In this document: positions 1-9,534 of the stretch, piece by piece
Numbering within the stretch: position 1 is the stretch's first letter
Layout of the letters: each line of letters begins with the position of its first letter
DNA from: Nitrospinota bacterium
GTDB taxonomy: Bacteria > Nitrospinota_A > UBA7883 > JACRGQ01
Direction: 5' to 3'
Assembly (NCBI GenBank): GCA_029881495.1
Contig: JAOUMJ010000002.1
Coordinates: forward strand, 2,087 to 66,086
DNA: 64,000 bases
Notes under the pieces: generated by a model
What the model was told of the DNA's origin: nothing
What the model saw: the letters and a program-made list of their open reading frames with translations, nothing else
Database searches by the model: none
Translations under genes and position numbers: made by a program

Positions 1-1
1 C

Positions 2-511
2 GACACGCTGAAAGGGGAGATAGAGGCGGAGCTTTCCTCCATCGCTATGTCGGTGGGGAGGGCGGCCTTCTGGCTCGTGGTCGGGCTTGTGATCCTTATT
101 GCCAGTTCGAGGATGCTCGTTTGGGGGTCCGTGGAGATAGCCCGCGCGCTGGGTGTGAGCGACCTTATAATCGGCCTTACGATAGTTGCGGTCGGGACAT
201 CCCTTCCGGAACTCGCTTCATCGCTGATAGCGGCGCGAAAGGGTGAGCATGACCTCGCCATCGGCAACGTGATAGGTTCCAACCTTTTCAACACCCTTAC
301 GGTTGTTGGCATAGCCGGGGTGATAAACCCTATGATGATAGAGCCGGAGGTGCTTTCGCGCGATGTCCTCGTAATGAGCCTGTTGACCCTATTCCTATTT
401 TTACTCGGCTACGGATTCCGCGGGGAGGGGCGTGTAAACCGTCTGGAGGGGGGGATACTGCTGTTCTCCTACATCGGCTATACGGCCTATCTGATACATA
501 GCGTCTTTTAG
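2..511 (+). CDS. Ca2+/Na+ antiporter (YrbG/CaCA family), 5'-truncated by window edge
   Basis: Frame is open back to position 2. Alpha-repeat motifs GTSLPELASS and GNVIGSNLFN; hydrophobic helices. Confidence 0.9.
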   Translation, partial: DTLKGEIEAELSSIAMSVGRAAFWLVVGLVILIASSRMLVWGSVEIARALGVSDLIIGLTIVAVGTSLPELASSLIAARKGEHDLAIGNVIGSNLFNTLTVVGIAGVINPMMIEPEVLSRDVLVMSLLTLFLFLLGYGFRGEGRVNRLEGGILLFSYIGYTAYLIHSVF

Positions 512-658
512 AACATTTTCCTGTTCCCCTTGCGGCGCCGCACTCCGCACCGCGTAACGCCGTAAAAGTTGTCGTCACAGAAACCAGAAATTGCCGATTG
601 AGCAGATAAACCGCATCGGAAATCGGACGATAGCGAAATATGGCGGGAGAGCGGTTCT

Positions 659-844
659 TTAAGCGACGATATCGACGCGTGTCCCTATCTTTGAGCGTTC
701 AGCGGCGGAGATGCGTTGCCATGTGGAATCTTTTCTCTGTTGTGATTCGCTTTGCAGGACTTCGCGCCCGTGGTCGGAAAGCTCCCTGTTCGGCCTGGTG
801 ACCGCCTCTAGAGGCGGTAGTCTGTCGGTTGGTGATACTGCCAT
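659..844 (-). CDS. Small hypothetical protein (61 aa) ending GTRVDIVA
   Basis: Strong RBS GGAGGA just upstream of ATG 844 (ORF track starts at 862); follows bamD. C-terminal G-x-x-V-D-x-x-A tail. Confidence 0.6.
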   Translation of the reverse strand: MAVSPTDRLPPLEAVTRPNRELSDHGREVLQSESQQRKDSTWQRISAAERSKIGTRVDIVA

Positions 845-898
845 AGCTCCTCCGATCCCCATTTTACCAGAGATGAGGGTTTTTCGGATTTTGGGAGG

Positions 899-1654
899 TC
901 AGCCGTTCATCTTCTTCAGCTCGGTTTTTGCTTCCAAGGCGGAGTCCGTGTCGCCATAGCTTGCGACCAGATCTTCGAAAACCTTTTTAGCTTTTGCGAA
1001 CGCCTCTTCGTTCTGATACGACTTCCCCTTGAGGAGGAGGGCGCGCGGGACTAGTTTGGAAGAGGGGAAAATGGCAACGAATTCGTCAACGCGCCTGATG
1101 CAGGAGCCGAAGGCGTCTATCCTGAAATAGAATTCGATTATGTACATCTGCTTTTGCGCGAGGAGTTCTTCCAGTGAGCCAAGTTTTTCCTTCGCGAAAC
1201 CGTGTGCCGGGTGGCCCGGGTATTTCATGACAAAATTCGTGAAGGCCTCAATAGTCTCCTCGGTAGCCGACTGGTCGCGCGGGATATCCTTGATATCCCG
1301 GTAATAGCTCATCCCTTCGTAAAAGAGGGCGTGAGGTGTCCTCTCATCGAGCGGATATAGCTCCTGGAAACGCTTGTACACCGGAGCGGCGAGGTAGAAA
1401 TCACCCTGCATATAGTATGAGTCGGCTGAGCCGAGCAGCGCGTGTAGCCTCAGCGGGCTGTCCGGGAACTCATCGAGGATCTCCTGGTACTTTTTTTGCG
1501 CAAACTCGTATTTCCCCTTGGCGAAATAGTAGTTTGCTTCGTCGAAGCTCTCGTTTGCAAGTATCTGCTTATCGGTCGTGGCGCAACCGGAGAGGATGGC
1601 TCCGCAGATCAGGAGGGAGCCGATGTTCCGTATCAGTTTGGCATTCATTTTCAT
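899..1654 (-). CDS. bamD: Outer-membrane protein assembly lipoprotein BamD
   Basis: Lipobox LSGC, TPR repeats, RDQ motif (PRDQSAT), YPG/HP motif typical of BamD/YfiO. Confidence 0.88.
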   Translation of the reverse strand: MKMNAKLIRNIGSLLICGAILSGCATTDKQILANESFDEANYYFAKGKYEFAQKKYQEILDEFPDSPLRLHALLGSADSYYMQGDFYLAAPVYKRFQELYPLDERTPHALFYEGMSYYRDIKDIPRDQSATEETIEAFTNFVMKYPGHPAHGFAKEKLGSLEELLAQKQMYIIEFYFRIDAFGSCIRRVDEFVAIFPSSKLVPRALLLKGKSYQNEEAFAKAKKVFEDLVASYGDTDSALEAKTELKKMNG

Positions 1655-1742
1655 CGGGACATTCTACCCTGTAAAGGGGGGATGGCAATACTGCTATTCT
1701 TTTTCTGTTTTCATCCCCCAAAACGGGTAAAATTACCCGGAT

Positions 1743-3116
1743 ATGGTTTCAGGAAAGCGCGTATGGTCCCGGCTGTCGCCGCCGCATGTTATGGCCCTTA
1801 TGTTCCTCGTGGTTATTCTCATTGGCGTCGTTCTGCTCATGCTCCCTGTTTCGCACAAAGTGCCGATATCGTTCATTGACGCGCTCTTCACGTCGACATC
1901 CGCCACATGCGTAACGGGACTGATGACCGTAAACGCGGCTGAGACCTTTACCTTTTTCGGGCAGGTGGTGCTCCTCTTTCTTATCCAGATAGGGGGGATG
2001 GGGATTACGTTCGTATCTTCGTTCTTCATGATCATGCTCGGGAGGTCGATGTCGATACGGGGCTCCTCGATGGTTCATGAAAGTTTTTCCTCTTCATACA
2101 GGATAGATCTCCACAAACTTATACTTTCCATACTTGTCCTGGTGCTCGCTTTTGAGGCGCTGGGAACCGTGAGCCTCACCTGGTACTTGTGGGACATGTT
2201 CCCGCCGGCGACGGCAATCTGGGTAGGGCTTTTTCATTCCGTTTCGGGATTTTTCAACGCCGGGATATCGATATTGCCGGAAGGGCTCGACTCCCTGCCA
2301 AAGAATCCGATACAGGATATTATATTCACCGTGCTGATATGGGGGGGCGCTCTCGGCTTCATGACATACCGTGAGTTTTACGAGAGGATCAAATATCCCA
2401 GCGTCGCGAAGAGGAACTGGTCGCTTCAGACGAGGATAGTTATGGTTTATACAGCGGGTTTGACCGTTGTCGGGGCGCTTGGGATATATCTGTTTGAGCG
2501 CAACGGCGTCCTTGCCGGATTGCCGTTTTATGAGCAGGTAACGAATTCGATCTTCCATTCCGTCTCCGCGCGAACCGCCGGTTTTTCAAACGTCGATTTT
2601 TTCTATTTGAACAATTCCACCCTCTACCTTTTCATGTTGCTCATGTTCATAGGGGGGGGGCCTGGCTCGGCGGCGGGGGGTATCAAGGTTACGACCTTTG
2701 CCATACTGATAGGTCTTGCGATGTCGAGATACAGGGGGCACGAATCTGCGCATATATTCAACCGGGCCATACCGGAGGAGATAGTTTCCAGGTCGATATC
2801 GATAGTCTTTTTATCCGTTATTGTAATGACGATATTCCTCTTTTTTCTTCTCGTTTCGGAAGCGCATCTTGTGGATCCGCATACGGGGGGGAGGGCGACA
2901 TTCATGGAAATTCTTTTCGAAGCGGTGTCGGCGCATGGCACCGTGGGGCTGAGCATGGGGATAACGCCGAAACTTTCCGGTATCGGGAAATTCCTTGTTG
3001 TGCTGATGATGTTTACCGGGAGGCTGGGACCGCTTGCCATTGCGGTGCTGGTCGGTACCAGGGAGAAGGGGAAAGCGTCGTTCAAGTTGTCAGAAGAATC
3101 GGTTATGGTAGGATAG
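1743..3116 (+). CDS. trkH: TrkH/KtrB potassium uptake membrane protein
   Basis: Pore-loop motifs FTSTSATCVTGL, SVSARTAGF, MFIGGGPGSAAGGIKVTTF, FEAVSAHGTVGLSMG. Confidence 0.93.
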   Translation: MVSGKRVWSRLSPPHVMALMFLVVILIGVVLLMLPVSHKVPISFIDALFTSTSATCVTGLMTVNAAETFTFFGQVVLLFLIQIGGMGITFVSSFFMIMLGRSMSIRGSSMVHESFSSSYRIDLHKLILSILVLVLAFEALGTVSLTWYLWDMFPPATAIWVGLFHSVSGFFNAGISILPEGLDSLPKNPIQDIIFTVLIWGGALGFMTYREFYERIKYPSVAKRNWSLQTRIVMVYTAGLTVVGALGIYLFERNGVLAGLPFYEQVTNSIFHSVSARTAGFSNVDFFYLNNSTLYLFMLLMFIGGGPGSAAGGIKVTTFAILIGLAMSRYRGHESAHIFNRAIPEEIVSRSISIVFLSVIVMTIFLFFLLVSEAHLVDPHTGGRATFMEILFEAVSAHGTVGLSMGITPKLSGIGKFLVVLMMFTGRLGPLAIAVLVGTREKGKASFKLSEESVMVG

Positions 3117-3120
3117 CGCT

Positions 3121-3789
3121 ATGAAAAAGACAAAGAGGTTTGCGGTAATAGGTCTTGGGAAGTTCGGGTTTTATCTTGCGCGCAGTCTGTTCGAGCGCGG
3201 GCACGATGTGATCTCCATCGACATCGACAAGGATGTCGTACAGGAAATAAAAGACTATTCAACGCAGGCGATAATCGCTGATGCCACCAACAAGGATACG
3301 CTTCTCTCGCTGGGGATAAAGGATGTCGATATCGCGATCGTCAGCCTGGGAACAAGAATGGATCACTCCATCCTCGTCACCCTCCACCTGAAGGAGATAG
3401 GGTTGAATGAGATAGTCGTAAAGGCTATCACAGAGGATCACAGGAAGATACTCAGCATGATAGGCGCGACTGAAGTGATCTTTCCAGAGAGGGACATGGC
3501 CGAAAAGCTCGCTCACTCCCTTTCATCTCCGAACATAATGGATTTCCTCCCGCTTACGGAAGGGGTCTCCATAATGGAGGTGGTACCTTTGAAGTCGTTT
3601 GTCGGGAAGAGCATAAAGGATATTCAGTTGCGCAATAAATTCGGAGTTCAGGTAATAGCCGTAAAGGAGATAGTCCCTGAGAGAATGAATCTCATACCGG
3701 CCCCGGATACGATAGTGAAAGAGTCGGACGTCCTCGTGTTGATGGGACGTGATGAAGACCTGGCGAAACTGGAAGATCAAAGCGAGTAA
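3121..3789 (+). CDS. trkA: TrkA/KtrA RCK regulatory subunit
   Basis: GLGKFG Rossmann motif, IGATEVIFPE, C-terminal RCK_C; directly downstream of trkH. Confidence 0.93.
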   Translation: MKKTKRFAVIGLGKFGFYLARSLFERGHDVISIDIDKDVVQEIKDYSTQAIIADATNKDTLLSLGIKDVDIAIVSLGTRMDHSILVTLHLKEIGLNEIVVKAITEDHRKILSMIGATEVIFPERDMAEKLAHSLSSPNIMDFLPLTEGVSIMEVVPLKSFVGKSIKDIQLRNKFGVQVIAVKEIVPERMNLIPAPDTIVKESDVLVLMGRDEDLAKLEDQSE

Positions 3790-3859
3790 GTCATTCTCTT
3801 TTTCTGAGCCGGATGCGGACTCAAATAGACGGAAACGCAAACCTGAAAAGGAAGGGGCG

Positions 3860-4111
3860 CTATTTGAGGGTTATACCGGCCTGACGAATAACCTGTTTGG
3901 CGCTTATTTTCACGACTGCCATCTCGGAGAGGTTTGACATAAGCACCGAAAGGGTATTCATCGGATCGCCTTCAATCTCCTTTACGGTCATGTCGTCGTT
4001 GAGGATGACGCCTGATCTCTCAAAAATGGATCTGATCCTTTCATTTTCCGTGCTGACCCTCATGGCAGTTATGAGGATATCATTAAATATTCCTGCGGGA
4101 TTATCCATCAT
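3860..4111 (-). CDS. Small hypothetical protein, last gene of the che-like operon
   Basis: ATG 4111/4108 lies 14-17 nt after the ODP stop, with AGGGA upstream; protein-like amphipathic composition. Confidence 0.65.
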   Translation of the reverse strand: MMDNPAGIFNDILITAMRVSTENERIRSIFERSGVILNDDMTVKEIEGDPMNTLSVLMSNLSEMAVVKISAKQVIRQAGITLK

Positions 4112-4124
4112 ATGCAATACATCC

Positions 4125-4913
4125 CTACTGAGAATGCTTCAGTTTTATGCCGTGTTTTGCCGCCAGCGCGTCGACTTCTCCTCCGACATGCAGTTCATGG
4201 GCGGCTTTGATATAGGCGGCGATTATACCCTTAGGGATGAGGCAGCCGTGTTGCGGGCAAATCAGCTCGATCCCGTAATGATCGTCCAGTTTTTCGATCC
4301 TCTTCAGCGCGTACTCAAGAGCCTTTTTCGATCCGAGGTACTGCCCGAGGAACGCCGAAAGCTGTGCCGGGTACTCTACCTCGACATAAAGGCTCGACTT
4401 CCCGGTGAATCCTCCAAACGCGTCAGATGAGAAGAGGCTTTTTGTTTTGAAATCGTAGGTGACCATTGAACCTACGAAGTGGCAATACGGCGTCATTATG
4501 AATTGAAGGGTGCGGTCGTTGCCGAATGTCAGTTCGTCGTCGTCGTCAAGAGGTACCATAGGGGAGGTGAAGCCGTAATGTTGCACAAGGACTTTCGCCT
4601 CCAGTGGAGCATAGACCTTGACGTCCGGATGAACCTCCTTTTCAATAAGCGGAATGGCGGCGCAGAGGTCTGGGTCCTGATGCTGGACGATGATATGCTT
4701 TATCTTCTTCATGTCGATAACCCCTCTGATCTTTTTCATCACGACATTAAAGAATTCAGGTTTGGCCGAGCCGGGGTCGATTACGACCGCTTCACCGCCG
4801 TCTACGATGAGATAAGGGATATTGTTGAAGCTGTTTGGAATGTCTTGAACTCCCAGGTGGTAGACACCTGGCGCGATCTCAATAGCATCACTGTCGTTGT
4901 AAGTATCTTTCAA
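4125..4913 (-). CDS. Metallo-beta-lactamase-fold di-iron protein, ODP-like (oxygen-binding di-iron protein)
   Basis: IDPGS, HQDPD, PYCHFVGS, FSSDAFGG and ICPQHG motifs. No flavodoxin domain follows, so not a full FprA. Confidence 0.8.
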   Translation of the reverse strand: MKDTYNDSDAIEIAPGVYHLGVQDIPNSFNNIPYLIVDGGEAVVIDPGSAKPEFFNVVMKKIRGVIDMKKIKHIIVQHQDPDLCAAIPLIEKEVHPDVKVYAPLEAKVLVQHYGFTSPMVPLDDDDELTFGNDRTLQFIMTPYCHFVGSMVTYDFKTKSLFSSDAFGGFTGKSSLYVEVEYPAQLSAFLGQYLGSKKALEYALKRIEKLDDHYGIELICPQHGCLIPKGIIAAYIKAAHELHVGGEVDALAAKHGIKLKHSQ

Positions 4914-5005
4914 TTTTGCATTGCTCCGGATTATTAGCTCAATTATTCAACAATCTGTGTCATTTTAACCTACTCATGCAGGATAATAAAACTAAATCGT
5001 GAAAT

Positions 5006-5392
5006 CTACAAAAAATTCGGGATGTTTTTCAATTCAGCAAAGAGCTCTGACGGTTTGAACGGTTTTTGGAGATAGGCGTTCGCGCCCAGGGATTTTGCCA
5101 AATTCCTGTCCTCCTCCATGGCATCGGTGGTGATCATGATCACCGGTATGTTCCTGAATTTCTCGTCGCCTTTTATGGTTTTCAGGAATTCCAGTCCATC
5201 CATGTTCGGCATATTAATGTCGCAGATTATAAGATCTATCTCGTTTTTAGCGAGCGCGTCGAGCGCTTCCAATCCGTCGGCGGCCTGAATATGGTTATCG
5301 AGGGAGGCCATCTTTTTCAAGGCGAATGTTACCATCGTTCTGAATGTCGAGGAATCATCCACTACCAATACAGTTTTAGAATTATTCGACAT
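5006..5392 (-). CDS. cheY: Single-domain CheY-like response regulator
   Basis: LVVDDS, DLIICDINMPNMDG, MITT and YLQKPF: all canonical receiver residues present. Confidence 0.85.
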   Translation of the reverse strand: MSNNSKTVLVVDDSSTFRTMVTFALKKMASLDNHIQAADGLEALDALAKNEIDLIICDINMPNMDGLEFLKTIKGDEKFRNIPVIMITTDAMEEDRNLAKSLGANAYLQKPFKPSELFAELKNIPNFL

Positions 5393-5417
5393 GGTTTTTT
5401 ATTCTATTATTGTTTGG

Positions 5418-6296
5418 CTATTTAGGCAAAGCATTCTTGCCTCCAGCGGAAATAAGAGGTTTTTGGTACATTATGACCTTGGACATCGGTTTCATGTCGA
5501 AAAGTGTTGTTATTTTGAACAAGGACTCAGTTTGTCCTATTAACAGGAATCCCCCAGGAGCCAGCGAATCATAGAAGTTCTTTACGATCTTGCTCTTCCC
5601 GTCAGAATCGAAGTAGATAAGGGCATTTCTGCAAAGTATAAGATCAATGTCCTTCACGAACGCCATCTGGCTACTGTTGAAGAAATTGATTCTTGAGAAT
5701 TTCACCATGTCGATAATTTTTTTATCCAGTTTGAAATACCTGCCGCTGTCATGGGAGAAATATTTTGTTCTTATGTTTGCATCAGTGGCCCTGAAATCAA
5801 ATTCGTTGTAGATGCCCTGTTTTGCTACGTTGAGGGCTTCGGTATTTATGTCGGATCCCAATATTTCTATTGTCCATTCTTTGGGACTAAAAAGTCCACT
5901 TTCCACGATGAGAATAGCCATCGTATACGGTTCGGCTCCGGTTGAACAGGCGGCGGACCATATGCGGATCTTTTTAATTCCGCTTTTTTGTTTGCTTTCC
6001 TTCAGCATCGGGAGGAAAGAATTTTTCAGCATTTCCATCTGCGGAGGTTCCCTGAAAAAGTATGTCTCGTTTACGGTGACAAGATTCAAAAGAAGTATGA
6101 TCTCCTCTTCCTTTTTGGAATCAAACCGGAGGAAATGGTAGTAGTCCTTGACGCTGCCGAGGCTGTTGGCTTCCACCCTCATGAGGATTCTTTTTTTGAA
6201 AAGATCTTCCTGGGCGCCTTTGAAGACAAGCCCTGAGTATTCCCGCAGGTAATCCTCAAACAGTTTCAGCTCCTCCGCGGAGATTGTTAGCGCCAT
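5418..6296 (-). CDS. cheR: CheR-family protein-glutamate methyltransferase
   Basis: TVNETYFFRE, RIWSAACSTGAEPY, GSDIN, CRNALIYFD, GGFLLIGQTE. Confidence 0.93.
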   Translation of the reverse strand: MALTISAEELKLFEDYLREYSGLVFKGAQEDLFKKRILMRVEANSLGSVKDYYHFLRFDSKKEEEIILLLNLVTVNETYFFREPPQMEMLKNSFLPMLKESKQKSGIKKIRIWSAACSTGAEPYTMAILIVESGLFSPKEWTIEILGSDINTEALNVAKQGIYNEFDFRATDANIRTKYFSHDSGRYFKLDKKIIDMVKFSRINFFNSSQMAFVKDIDLILCRNALIYFDSDGKSKIVKNFYDSLAPGGFLLIGQTESLFKITTLFDMKPMSKVIMYQKPLISAGGKNALPK

Positions 6297-6344
6297 ATTA
6301 GACTGTTATCCTTGTTTTTCGCGAAAGGCGTTTTCTTTCGGCTT

Positions 6345-6683
6345 CTATTTGCTAAAACTTTTTACGGCGTCGTCCCTGCCTGTAAAAACACCAAACTTCG
6401 ATAAAAGTCCGGTAACCTCGAAAGGGGTTTTAATATCGGGATTCAGGGAAGCAAGGGCGACATTGCCGCCATTGGCCTGAGAATTCCTGAGAATGCTTGC
6501 AAACGCACCGAGTCCGTAGCTCGAGATGAATTCAGTCAGTTTCATGTCTATAACTAATTTGTATCTTCCGTCTTTCATGAGTTTTTCCGCAAACTCCATG
6601 AATACTGGCGTCGAGTGCACATCCAATTTCCCGTCGATTTGAACTACTGTTATATCCCCGATATTTTCAGATTCAATGATCAC
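6345..6683 (-). CDS. STAS-domain anti-sigma-factor antagonist
   Basis: GKLD..., LVIDM..TEFISSYGLG (conserved phosphorylatable Ser), FEVTGL. Confidence 0.88.
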   Translation of the reverse strand: MIIESENIGDITVVQIDGKLDVHSTPVFMEFAEKLMKDGRYKLVIDMKLTEFISSYGLGAFASILRNSQANGGNVALASLNPDIKTPFEVTGLLSKFGVFTGRDDAVKSFSK

Positions 6684-6704
6684 ATTACCTCCAATGGCAA
6701 AATA

Positions 6705-9119
6705 TTAGCTTGTAAGTTTCTTGATCCAGGGGTCATTTTCACCTTCAACCCCTTTTTGTAACAGGTCAATTATCTTGCTGTCGGCAGACGACGACAGGGC
6801 AAGCGCGGATATTCTTCTGATCGAAGGAGACGCGGCTTGGAGTCCCTTGAAAAGGAATTCTACGGATTCACTCTTTTCTATAAAAGCTGGGAGTGAATAG
6901 ACGAATTTCCGTATAGTGTGATTTGTAATCGCAGACGGGTCGAATACGATCCCATGTTTGTCCGTTATAGTATTTAACGCGGAGTACGCCTCAAACCTGT
7001 GTTTTTCAACACCGAGATACTCAAGGAGCATTTCCGCATGTTCGGCCCCTCCGATAACAGAGAGCGCCTTCATGGCTTTGTGCAAAAGAAGAATGTTCGA
7101 ATCGTCCCTTGGCAGGAGCTTTAAAAAGGTTTCCACCCGGGGTAGGGCGCTGTCGATTGTGTAGTCCGTTATATATCCGAGAACGGCAGATTGTATTATC
7201 CAGCTCTCCCTTTCGAGGCAGGGGAGGATGGATTCCGATTCCTTTTCACCGCCTAGCAGAGCAAGAGTTGAGACAGTTTCTGCAACTAATTCCGGTATTT
7301 CATCGTCAAGGATGTTCCTTAGCGCCGGTATTGCCTTTTCGTCGCCGCATTTACCAAGAGCTGTGATGGCAACTATTTTAGTTTCGGAATTCGTATCTGA
7401 GGTAAGCAGTTTCAAAAGAGGCTCGGAAGCTTCCGTCAGGCGGCGCTTCCCTATAGCCCTTACCACATAATTAAGGGTATCTGGTTTTACCTCGCCAAGC
7501 AGATTTACCAGGAGTTCATTTGCTGTCGGATGGACGATACTGCTTAAGGTCCATATCGACTGTACTCTAACCGAGAAATCATCATCGTTGAACAGCTTTG
7601 AAATGGATGTGAAAAGATCCTTTTCGGAAATGTTGTCTCTGTTCTTGTTTCCCTGGTATCCAAAGGAGTGTACGGCCGCGGCGCGGGCCTTTGGGGAGGG
7701 ATCAGAAAATCCATTGAGGAGAATAGGCGCCACGTCGCCCATTGATGAAAAGCCGAGAGCCCGGTACGCGCCCCATCGGATATTTTCATTGCCGGATCTG
7801 GTGAGAGCCTTGATTTTTTCCCTGTTGAATTTTTGCAGGAGAGACATCCCGCCTACGGCCGCTTTCCTTATGGACTCTTCGGGGGATGAAAGCATCGGTA
7901 CGATTTTGTCAAACTGCAGAGATGCCTGCATCATCCCGAGTGATTTGATCGTATCTGCAACGATATCGCTGTCGGGAGAGTCAAGGAAAGGAAGGAGTCT
8001 TTCAGAGTCGTCTTCCTTTCCGAGGAGGCCGATAATCCTTATAAGATTGCTCAATACCTGCTTTTTATCGGATTTCAATCCGGCAAAGATATTTGCCAAT
8101 ATGCCCGGGCCCTGCACTGTTATCAGTTCGCGAACTTCATTTTCAAAAGCGGGGTCCTCAAGTAGCGGGAGAAGATGCTCAACGGAGAATTTGCCTCTGA
8201 AATCCCAAAGTATGTTCAGGGCGGATTTGACTTCTTCCGTTTTTCCTCCAGAGAGCATCTCGATTATCGCGTCTATAATATGCGATGAATCGAGTTTTTT
8301 CAGTTCAAGGTTGGCTTTGTAATAATAAAATCCATGCCGGGTTATCTTCGCGAATTCCCTTTCCCTGTCCCTTATCATCGCCAGGGAGGTTATTCCAGCC
8401 TTTATAAGGTTTTTGTCATCGGTGCCTGAGATGACGTTTATTATCGGGAGGAGACCGCCAAGCTCTCCTATCATCCCGATGGCGGAAATTGCCGGGTAGC
8501 CGAGGATTGGATCATCAAGCATTTCAATCAGCGAAGGGAGCGCGCGCTCATCCCCGATCAATCCAAGCGCGGTTATATAGGGGAATTTGGACCAAGTTTC
8601 TTCCTTTACAACCGCTTCAAGTAGTGTGTCGACAGCCTCCGGGGACCCTATTCTTCCGAGCGCCTCGACGATGGCGTATCGGACGTTTTCATCCGGATCG
8701 TAAATCGAATTAAGAAGATAATTCAGAGCTTCCTTCTTCCCGAGGTTGCCGAGAGTATTAGCGCAGTAGATGCGGACATCGACAGTCGGATCGCTATTTA
8801 GTATTTCTCCAAGCGGCTGGGCAACATCTTCCCCCATCTCCTGAAGCACCGTCATGGCTGTATTTCTTACGGCTGCTCCCGGATCCCTCAAACAGTCAAT
8901 AAGAGGGGCGATACTCTCTTTTTCCTTTATTTTCACCAATGAAGTGGCGGCTGTATTTCGCACCTGCCAATGATCGTCCCCCAGAAGTGCAAGAAGGGGT
9001 TTTACGGCTGTACTCTCGCCGAATTCACCGAGCATCTCCGCGGCCTGTCTGCGAACGGAGAATTCCTCCGATTCCAACTGGCTGATAAAGAATTCAACTT
9101 CATTCATGGTATTAATCAT
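6705..9119 (-). CDS. HEAT/PBS-lyase-like repeat protein (804 aa)
   Basis: Many repeats of the type L-x-D-x3-VR-x2-A-x2-LG-x-IG (e.g. DDHWQVRNTAATSL, DPDENVRYAIVEALGRIG). Confidence 0.9.
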   Translation of the reverse strand: MINTMNEVEFFISQLESEEFSVRRQAAEMLGEFGESTAVKPLLALLGDDHWQVRNTAATSLVKIKEKESIAPLIDCLRDPGAAVRNTAMTVLQEMGEDVAQPLGEILNSDPTVDVRIYCANTLGNLGKKEALNYLLNSIYDPDENVRYAIVEALGRIGSPEAVDTLLEAVVKEETWSKFPYITALGLIGDERALPSLIEMLDDPILGYPAISAIGMIGELGGLLPIINVISGTDDKNLIKAGITSLAMIRDREREFAKITRHGFYYYKANLELKKLDSSHIIDAIIEMLSGGKTEEVKSALNILWDFRGKFSVEHLLPLLEDPAFENEVRELITVQGPGILANIFAGLKSDKKQVLSNLIRIIGLLGKEDDSERLLPFLDSPDSDIVADTIKSLGMMQASLQFDKIVPMLSSPEESIRKAAVGGMSLLQKFNREKIKALTRSGNENIRWGAYRALGFSSMGDVAPILLNGFSDPSPKARAAAVHSFGYQGNKNRDNISEKDLFTSISKLFNDDDFSVRVQSIWTLSSIVHPTANELLVNLLGEVKPDTLNYVVRAIGKRRLTEASEPLLKLLTSDTNSETKIVAITALGKCGDEKAIPALRNILDDEIPELVAETVSTLALLGGEKESESILPCLERESWIIQSAVLGYITDYTIDSALPRVETFLKLLPRDDSNILLLHKAMKALSVIGGAEHAEMLLEYLGVEKHRFEAYSALNTITDKHGIVFDPSAITNHTIRKFVYSLPAFIEKSESVEFLFKGLQAASPSIRRISALALSSSADSKIIDLLQKGVEGENDPWIKKLTS

Positions 9120-9154
9120 TTAATGCTAACATCATCTAATGATGCAGTTCATTC

Positions 9155-9514
9155 CTAATGTTTCATTTTTTTCAGGTATTCCGCAAGCACCTTCGGATCC
9201 ATTGGAGCCCCCGGCAATACGCTGCTCTTTTTACCCTGTTTGAGCCAGTTTTTAACAACACCGATGACAAGGTCGGGCGTTTCATCCGCCATGATTTTTA
9301 TCGTGAACATGTTTCTCGGAATTCCCTGGGGAATTATGACCTTTCCATCCGGCAGTATAGTGAGCTTTGGTATGTCCGATCTCCTTTTTAACTCTTTTTT
9401 CAGCTTCGGAACAGGCGGGAGGGATTCGACGGTCTTGACGGGCGGTTTTTGCGCGGGAGAGGATATATAGGCGATAAGGGCAATGACGAGCGAGGCCACA
9501 AGGACGAAGACCAA
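9155..9514 (-). CDS. Small single-TM protein with FliF-C-terminal-like motif
   Basis: N-terminal hydrophobic helix, Pro/Lys linker, ADETPDLVIGVVKNWL; fills the gap between xerD and the HEAT gene; TTG start. Confidence 0.6.
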   Translation of the reverse strand: MVFVLVASLVIALIAYISSPAQKPPVKTVESLPPVPKLKKELKRRSDIPKLTILPDGKVIIPQGIPRNMFTIKIMADETPDLVIGVVKNWLKQGKKSSVLPGAPMDPKVLAEYLKKMKH

Positions 9515-9534
9515 ACCGATTGCGATGTTGATAA

